From contig JAWKNX010000018.1 of assembly GCA_041391465.1 (NCBI GenBank), positions 563 through 64,562 on the forward strand: a DNA stretch of 64,000 nucleotides, read 5' to 3'. The DNA is from Bdellovibrionales bacterium. GTDB lineage: Bacteria > Bdellovibrionota > Bdellovibrionia > Bdellovibrionales > UBA1609. This document shows, piece by piece, positions 57,054 to 64,000 of the stretch. The notes under the pieces are model-generated. The model was given only the letters and a program-made list of their open reading frames with translations, ran no database searches and had not been told where the DNA came from. The first letter of the stretch is position 1. Each line of letters opens with the position of its first letter. The position numbers and the translations under genes were made by a program.

Positions 57054-58934
57054 ATGAAGTTGAAACTGTGCGTGGCTGGATTCGTGATGTCGCTCCTTTT
57101 AGTGGGTGCAAATATTTACCATTATAAAACTCAAGAGGAGTCCCCGACCTGTCAAAATGTTCGTCAGGTTGTGAAAATGCTTTACGATCGGCACGTGGAG
57201 TCTTTGAACTCGAGTCAGGATTTTGAACACTACTACGCTCAACTATTAGATCGCGGAGTCATTCAACTATTACATCGCCTCGACCCTTTGAGGATTTTAT
57301 TTAGTAGTGAAGAAGTTCAGGGTCTAACAGCTAAAAACAGAACGCCCCTAGGTGAATGGCTCAATATCATCCGACCTGCGATACCATTTTGTCATAACTT
57401 ATTTAGGTCAGAAAAACTCAAAAAATTATTGCCCAATTTAGAGACTCAATGGAAGGGCTTTCGATGGGACTCTTCAGAAAAGCTAATGTCTGATTATATG
57501 CAATTTCTAGAAAACCCATCGCGCTGGCCGAAAGATCGCTTTGAGCGTTCAGGTTTGATTCAGGGGGCATTTGCCAGTGCACTTGAAGAGGCAAAAGAAA
57601 ATGAAGTGGAGGAGTCTGCTGCATTTCGTTTAGCCCAAAGATTGTTTCGCAGAAAACTAGAAGATCTACAAATGACAACAGAGGAAATGTTTTCCTCAAT
57701 CATTTTAAAATCGATAGTGGCCAGTATGGATGCGCATAGCAGATTCTTCTCGATGCAGGAATACAATGATGCCATTCGGTCTTTGATGTCCACGTTTGTT
57801 GGCATTGGCGTTATAGTCGCTGAGGTTGAAGATGGTTTCAAAATTGTTGAACTCATTGAAGGTGGACCGGCGGCGAGCGAAGGAATTTTAAAAGTTGGAG
57901 ATACTATTACGAAAGTAGAACAGTACTCCATTGCCGGAGAACGAAGAGAGGAGCTGGCAAAATTATTGGCTGGCCCCAGTGGTTCAGAGGTGGGTTTAAC
58001 ATTGCGAAGTAGCAATAAAGAGCGTCAAGTTGTCGTTCGCCGAGGTCCTGTAAGAACGGCCAATTCGACAATTAAATATGAAATAGCAAAAATTGATGGC
58101 AAAAAACTGGGGCGCATTAAATTAGATCATTTTTACACCGACGATAGTGGCGAAAAAAGCGCTTCGCATGATTTTGCGGCCGCCATTCAAACTCTAATGG
58201 CACAAGGTGCTGAGGGTCTCATTGTTGATTTGAGAGATAATGGCGGTGGAGTTCTCAGTGAGGTGGTGAACATCGCAGGACTATTTATTGATTCTGGCCC
58301 GATCGCCTTTGAGTACGGCACCTTAAATACGGGCTTAAATTCCTATGAAGATACAGATGGAATCTCTGCATATAAAGGATCACTTGTCGTATTGGTAAAT
58401 GAAAACTCAGCCAGTGCCGCCGAAATTTTGGCCGGAACACTGAAGACTTATAGAAGGGCCGTCATTGTTGGATCGGATCAAACCTATGGCAAAGGGACCA
58501 TTCAGGAGATTGGGCCCATAGAAAACATTTGGAGTGATTCACCGATCCATGGGGCCGTGAAACTAACTGTGGGGTATTACTATTTGCCAGATGGACAGTC
58601 GGTACAATTTGACGGGGTGAAACCGCACATCAAAATCAGCGCAATGAGTGAGAATCCAGATTTAGAAAGAAAACTACCAATGGCGCTTGCGAGGCCGGTC
58701 AACATCGGGCTTGAATTTAAACCCTATATTCCATGGCTACCAGAATCCCAGTTTAATAATATGGTTACATATTTGAAAGCAGATCACCAAGCACAGCAGT
58801 GGATCAATCCGGAATTAAAAACCGCCCAGGTGGATGGAGCATTGCTAAAAGCTTACGGGGCTCTTTCAGGAATGGTGACCTATTTTAGACTGCATCTTCC
58901 AGGACTTCTTGCAGCTCAACTGGACGACCAGTAG
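57054..58934 (+). CDS. Carboxy-terminal processing protease (S41A, Prc/CtpA-like)
   Basis: MDAHS, GIG PDZ motif, DLRDNGGG, SASAAEILAG, TYGKGTIQ, GVKPHI. Confidence 0.92.
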   Translation: MKLKLCVAGFVMSLLLVGANIYHYKTQEESPTCQNVRQVVKMLYDRHVESLNSSQDFEHYYAQLLDRGVIQLLHRLDPLRILFSSEEVQGLTAKNRTPLGEWLNIIRPAIPFCHNLFRSEKLKKLLPNLETQWKGFRWDSSEKLMSDYMQFLENPSRWPKDRFERSGLIQGAFASALEEAKENEVEESAAFRLAQRLFRRKLEDLQMTTEEMFSSIILKSIVASMDAHSRFFSMQEYNDAIRSLMSTFVGIGVIVAEVEDGFKIVELIEGGPAASEGILKVGDTITKVEQYSIAGERREELAKLLAGPSGSEVGLTLRSSNKERQVVVRRGPVRTANSTIKYEIAKIDGKKLGRIKLDHFYTDDSGEKSASHDFAAAIQTLMAQGAEGLIVDLRDNGGGVLSEVVNIAGLFIDSGPIAFEYGTLNTGLNSYEDTDGISAYKGSLVVLVNENSASAAEILAGTLKTYRRAVIVGSDQTYGKGTIQEIGPIENIWSDSPIHGAVKLTVGYYYLPDGQSVQFDGVKPHIKISAMSENPDLERKLPMALARPVNIGLEFKPYIPWLPESQFNNMVTYLKADHQAQQWINPELKTAQVDGALLKAYGALSGMVTYFRLHLPGLLAAQLDDQ

Positions 58935-58949
58935 GTCCTTGAAAAAAAA

Positions 58950-61218
58950 CTACTTTGCTCGTGTGGTTATATCCAGCTTATCTTTTTTTACTGTTACGTT
59001 GACTTCGCCCCCTTGAGTGAGCTGGCCAAATAAAATATCGTCCACCAGATTCTTTTTAATCTGATCGTCAACGACTCGAGCAAACGGCCTAGCCCCATAA
59101 GCCGGGTCGTATCCTTTGTCAAAAGCCACTCAATGGCCTTTTCGTCCACATTTAAAGTAATTTTTTCTTAGCCAACTGCTCTCCAAGTTGGTTAACGAAT
59201 TTGCGCACCACTTGCAACAACTGCTCTTTTGGAAGTTCTTTAAATTCTACAATTGAATCCAGTCTATTGAGGAATTCAGGTCGAAAGGATTTCTTTATAG
59301 CTTCAATTGATTTCGCACTTGAGGATTGATTGTGAAAGCCAACGCTTTCGTTGCGCGGCCTCAAAGGCCCCCGCGTTGCTTGTCATAATCAAGATGACGT
59401 TTTGAAAGTCCGCAACCTTACCATTGGCGTCAGTTAACCTTACCGCTGTCCATGACTTGCAAAAGTAGATTCAGTAAATCCGGATGGGCCTTCTCAATTT
59501 CGTCCAATAACAAAACAGAGTAGGGGTGTTTTGTAATAGCATCAGTGAGTAAGCCGCCTTCTTCATAACCCACGTAACCTGGGGGCGCTCCAACGAGCCG
59601 CGAGACGGAATGTTTTTCCATGTACTCACTCATATCGAAGCGCAAAAACTCGACGCCTAAGTTTTTGGCGAGTTGTTTTGAAACTTCTGTTTTTCCAACA
59701 CCCGTAGGTCCTGCAAAAGATAACTTCCCGTTGGTTTACCCTCGTGACCAATTCCAGTTCGATTCATCTTTATAGAAGCAACAAGGGCTTCAATGGCCTT
59801 GTCTTGTCCGTAAATCACTTTTTGCAACTCTTCTTTAAATTTTTAAGCTGAGTTTTGTCGGATGAACTCACGGACTGGCTAGGTACTTGAGCCATCGATG
59901 CAATGACTTTTTCAATTTCTTTCACACCTATATTTTTTGGCTTGCTATCAGATGATCTCAGTCGAATGCGAGCTCCAGCTTCATCTATTACGTCGATAGC
60001 CTTGTCGGGGAGTTGGCGGCCGTGAATATACTTTGAAGATAAGTCAACAGCCGTTGCCAACGCAGGCCTTGAGTACTTCACATTATGATGTTTTTCGTAA
60101 TGCTTTTTAAGCCCCATTAAAATATCAATGGCTTGGTCACGCGTGGGTTCTGTCACGTCAATTTTTTGAAAACGTCGAGATAGTGCTGGGTCTTTTTCAA
60201 AATGATTGCGATATTCTTTATAAGTGGTTGATCCAATACAACTTAATTGCCCATCAGAAAGCATTGGTTTCAACAAGTTGGAGGCATCCATGGAGCCGCC
60301 AGAAGTGGCCCCGGCTCCAACGACAGTATGGATTTCGTCAATAAACAAAATCGCATGCTCTTTTTCCGAAAGGGATTTAAGTACCCCCTTTAGTCGTTGT
60401 TCAAAATCACCTCGATACTTCGTGCCGGCTAAAAGAGCGCCCATATCCAAAGCGTAGACTTCTGCATCCTTGAGCTTGTCCGGCACATCACCATCGACAA
60501 TCTTTTGCGCCAAACCACCCGCGATGGCGGTTTTACCCACCCCAGGTTCTCCCACTAAGAGCGGGTTGTTTTTGGTCCGACGGGCAAGGACTTGCATGGT
60601 TCTTTCAAGCAATGTGTCTCTTCCAATTAAAGGGTCGATTTTACCCTGCAATGCCTTTTCATTTAAATTTTCAGCGAAATTATCCAAAGGGTCCATTGCC
60701 GGGTCTGTCATTGGGTCTTTGACGTCTTTGGCCGGTCCAGATGATTCTGTTGACTCCTCGGCGCCGTATTTACCGATTCCGTGAGAGACGAATTGAATCA
60801 CGTCAAATTGTTCTAATCCTTGTTTACGTAAAAAATAAACAGCGTGGCTGTCGGATTCATTAAAAAGCGCAATGAGAACATTAGATGTTTTTACTTTTTC
60901 TTGCCCAGAGCTTTGCACCTGTATAGCAGCTCTCTGTAAAAGTCGTTGAAAGGCCAGGGTCATTTCAGGATTGTAGTCCGCTTTTAAACTGGGCTCTTGG
61001 GGGGCGTCCAATGCCTTAGAGTAGGTGTCTTTAAGGTATTGATTGAGTTCTTCTCGCAAGTCGTCCACGTTTACAAGGCACTGGGTTAGAATATCTCGCA
61101 CTTCTTTGTCTTCAGTGAGTTTAAATAAAATATGCTCAAGGGTTACAAATTCGTGACCAAATTTTTTAGCCATCGAGATGGATTCATTTAAAACATTTTC
61201 CAGCTTCGGGTCTAGCAC
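58950..61218 (-). CDS. clpA: ATP-dependent Clp protease ATP-binding subunit ClpA (frameshifts in the 3' half)
   Basis: [16 protein letters not shown], second Walker [20 protein letters not shown]; downstream of clpS. Confidence 0.95.
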
Positions 61219-61230
61219 GGGCTATTCTCC

Positions 61231-61589
61231 TTAATTCGATTCTTCTTCCATAATGCATTTTAGGGGATGGCGATTATTTCTAGCGTATTCATTCACCTGA
61301 AAAACTTTGGTTTCAGCCACCTCATGCGGGTAGACACCACAGAGTCCTGCCCCCTTTTGATGGACTTGTAGCATAATATTCGTGGCTTCAGTTTCACCCT
61401 TTTTAAAGAATTTCATTAATATGTGAACTACAAAATCCATTGGGGTGTAATCATCATTGAGTAGAACCACACGATACATCGACGGCTTTTTGAGCTGCTG
61501 CTTTGGCCGCGTGAGAGTTTTTGTACCGCTGTCTGCAGAGTCTTGGTTTAAAATGATGGGGTAGTTGCTCGCCCTTTTTTGTCTGACAT
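61231..61589 (-). CDS. clpS: Clp protease adaptor ClpS
   Basis: [28 protein letters not shown]. Confidence 0.96.
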
Positions 61590-62035
61590 TTTTGCCAGCC
61601 CTCCTTTTATTAAACTTGGGACGTTTTTAGTTATTGTAAAGGCGGCCGGCACAAATGAATAGAAGTTGGGTCAATGTTCTCAATGTATTGGCAACTACGC
61701 ATGGCTAAAACAAAAATTGGTCGTTAGCAGTGCTTCAATTGTTAGCATGGCAGCTTTGACATGGCGCTAACAAAAACAGCAGGAGACTAGCCTAATGACC
61801 AGGCATTTCATGTTGAGAATTTTTCTCGTTTTACTGACAATAATGGTCACTTTTGCAGTCCGAGGAGGGTCAATATTTGCGTCAGTTGCGTATTCGCCAA
61901 TATTGGTGCGGGTTTGAGAACTGTGTAACTATTGACGACACTCAAGTTGATTAATGACCAGTACAAGTTATTGTAACACCTCGAGATTTTACTGTTTCAA
62001 AACTGCACGACTTTGTATCAGCTTTAGAAAAATAG

Positions 62036-62052
62036 TTGGTATTTCCATTGCA
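62036..62052 (+). promoter_or_regulatory. sigma54 promoter candidate for the pilin gene
   Basis: TTGGTATTTCCATTGCA, GG-N10-GC; type IVa pilin genes are commonly RpoN-dependent. Confidence 0.65.
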
Positions 62053-62129
62053 GCTACCGAAGAGAGTGACAATAATGTGAATGTCACAAACTAAACTATT
62101 AAATAAGACTAGAACGTAGGGGATTTTCT

Positions 62130-62663
62130 ATGAACATTCTTAAGTCTAACAAAGGTTTCTCGTTGATCGAACTTATGGTTGTGGTTGCGATCATCGGAAT
62201 CTTGGCGTCGATCGCTGTACCAAACTTTCAAGCGATTCCAAAGAACAACTCGTCAAAAAGAAGCGCAATCAATGCTATCTGGTATCTGGAAAGCACAAAA
62301 GCTTTTTTCCAGCAGTACAACCAGTATACATCTGACCTTGTTTCTGCAGGGTACAGACCAGAAGGAACTCCCTTCTACAACGCCGGTTTTAACGCTGCAG
62401 GGACTGAGTCTATCCGTCCTAGAAACTGGTTTGCTCCAAACAACTTGAACAACACTTTGCTTGATTCAAACATTGTTTGTGGTGCTTTGGGCTCGTGCTC
62501 AAACCCAGCATCTAATGCCATCGAAGGAGCTGCTCCGATCGCTGGTAACGGTGACACTTCTACATTTACTCTTGGTGCAGTAGGTGATATCGGTGGAACT
62601 ACGACTGACAACTGGACATTGAACAACACTAAGACGTTCAACAACCCAAGAAGCGGTTTATAA
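62130..62663 (+). CDS. pilA: Type IVa major pilin
   Basis: G|FSLIELMVVVAIIGILASIAVP; alternative frame KRFQRTTRQKEAQSMLSGIWKAQK suggests compensating indels; strong terminator follows. Confidence 0.88.
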   Translation: MNILKSNKGFSLIELMVVVAIIGILASIAVPNFQAIPKNNSSKRSAINAIWYLESTKAFFQQYNQYTSDLVSAGYRPEGTPFYNAGFNAAGTESIRPRNWFAPNNLNNTLLDSNIVCGALGSCSNPASNAIEGAAPIAGNGDTSTFTLGAVGDIGGTTTDNWTLNNTKTFNNPRSGL

Positions 62664-62686
62664 TTTAAATATAATTTAGAGTTTTT

Positions 62687-62718
62687 AAAAGCCCCCTTGT
62701 TTCTGGGGGCTTTTTTTT
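62687..62718 (+). terminator. Intrinsic terminator after the pilin gene
   Basis: AAAAGCCCCC-loop-GGGGGCTTTTTTTT. Confidence 0.88.
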
Positions 62719-62753
62719 GCCTTTTTTTCAATACAGGTTTTTACAATAAACCG

Positions 62754-63550
62754 ATGAAGAAAAAATGGGATAAAAAAGATCTGTTGCTGTTATTGGGCGT
62801 TTTTATTTTTTGCCTTCCCATTTTATATCTTCAGAGGTCAGTAAGGCGAGTTGAGTGAATCCAAAAGTTTTCTCGTCCCACCCAAAGAAATAGTCTACAT
62901 GACTTTTGGTTATGAAAACGTTTTAGCAGACTCCCTCTGGATTCGAGTCATTCAAGACTTAGACGTTTGCGACCCCTATGGGCAACATGGAGTGGAAGAG
63001 TATTTAAGCACTTGGAAGCCCCAGCGGGATTTAGATCCTCGATTTAAAACGGCAGAAAATGCAAATTTAGATGATTTAATAATGACCGAATGGAAGCCGC
63101 CCCGGTGTCATAAAGGCTGGGTGTACCATATGCTCGATCGAATCACTGATCTCTCTCCCAAGTATCGAAGGGTCTATATATCGGGTGGATTGCATTTGAG
63201 TATCGTTGTCGACGACCGCGAAGGGGCAGAATTGCTCTATGATAAGGCAGTTAAAAACCTTCCCGACAATTGGCAGTTGGCCTACCATGCCGGATACCAT
63301 GCTCTGTATGAGACAAGAAAGTTTTCTAAAGCGGCCGACATGTTTCGATTGGCGGCCCAACATGGCGCGCCCCCGTGGATCTATATGGGCTCGCAGCGAA
63401 ACTCTATGACCGCGTGGGGCGGGCTGAATTGACGATTCGCTACTTGGGCGAGTTTTTAAAAGACAACCCCGATTTTGTGAATGCCGATAAAGTGCGCGAG
63501 CGTATTGAATTGGCCAAACAAGTCCTAGAGAAAAAATCAAAATAAACTTC
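62754..63550 (+). CDS. Pilus-locus-associated TPR-like protein (frameshifted)
   Basis: N-terminal TM; TFGYENVLADSLWIR, ITDLSPKY, helical repeats; directly after the pilin. Confidence 0.6.
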
Positions 63551-63600
63551 TAACTTATTGAAATCACATAGATAAAATTTCCAAAAATGGGCCCATTGAC

Positions 63601-63628
63601 CTTGACGTTGTCACCGGACACCTCATAT
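63601..63628 (+). promoter_or_regulatory. sigma32-type promoter candidate for dnaJ
   Basis: CTTGAC-N14-CCTCATAT. Confidence 0.55.
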
Positions 63629-63668
63629 TACTCCATATGTAACATTGAACGTCGGGATTGTTGTGCAA

Positions 63669-64000
63669 ATGAGCGATGACTTTTATCAAATTCTGGGAAT
63701 TGAACGCTCCGCCGATGCGGATACTATAAAAAAGCCTATCGAAAAATGGCAATGAAATATCACCCCGATAAAAATCCGGGTGATAAAGATGCCGAAGAAA
63801 ATTTTAAAAAAGCAGCACAAGCCTACGAAGTTTTAAGTAACCCCTCTAAAAGACAACATTATGATCGTTTCTGTACTATTGATGGCCCAGGTTTTGGCCA
63901 TGGGTTCGGAGACGTCGGTGACATCTTTGATGCCTTCGGTGATATTTTCGGAGATATTTTTGGTGGAGGCACCAGTCATCGCCGACGACGTCGACAGGGT
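63669..64000 (+). CDS. dnaJ: Chaperone DnaJ, 5' part (runs off the window; one indel)
   Basis: [11 protein letters not shown]...[16 protein letters not shown]...AYEVLS, then the G/F region [16 protein letters not shown]. Confidence 0.92.

Overview
This is a bacterial chromosomal segment whose gene content and style (FQNC-type lipoprotein, Cys/Gly-rich secreted proteins, type IVa pilin, many secreted peptidases) suggest a predatory Bdellovibrionota-like organism; that assignment is an inference. Many conserved genes are split by single-base indels, most likely long-read assembly errors, so several coordinates below are reconstructed across ORF fragments. Core genes include crcB, an MlaF-like ATPase, putA, hslO, an OmpR-type regulator, mutS2, lnt, an Slt-type lytic transglycosylase, htpX, an FMN-binding glutamate synthase family protein, a Prc-like protease, clpA/clpS, pilA and the start of dnaJ. 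Five signals stand out beyond the ORF track. (1) A structured ~118-nt sRNA candidate lies behind a correctly spaced sigma54 promoter at 30.7 kb. (2) A PT-TG polymorphic toxin/immunity island is divided into cassettes by three direct copies of a ~58-bp REP-like element. (3) An unannotated four-helix-bundle gene has its 3' end and terminator duplicated around a 1.1-kb cargo, the copies differing by only synonymous substitutions, plus an 8 x 8-bp tandem array. (4) Two long perfect REPIN-like palindromes belong to the same repeat family as the toxin-island elements. (5) Recurrent sigma54, sigma28 and sigma32 promoter motifs and a GTYTCA-N3-TGARAC palindrome sketch regulons. No rRNA, tRNA, CRISPR array, integrase, transposase or reverse transcriptase was recognised.
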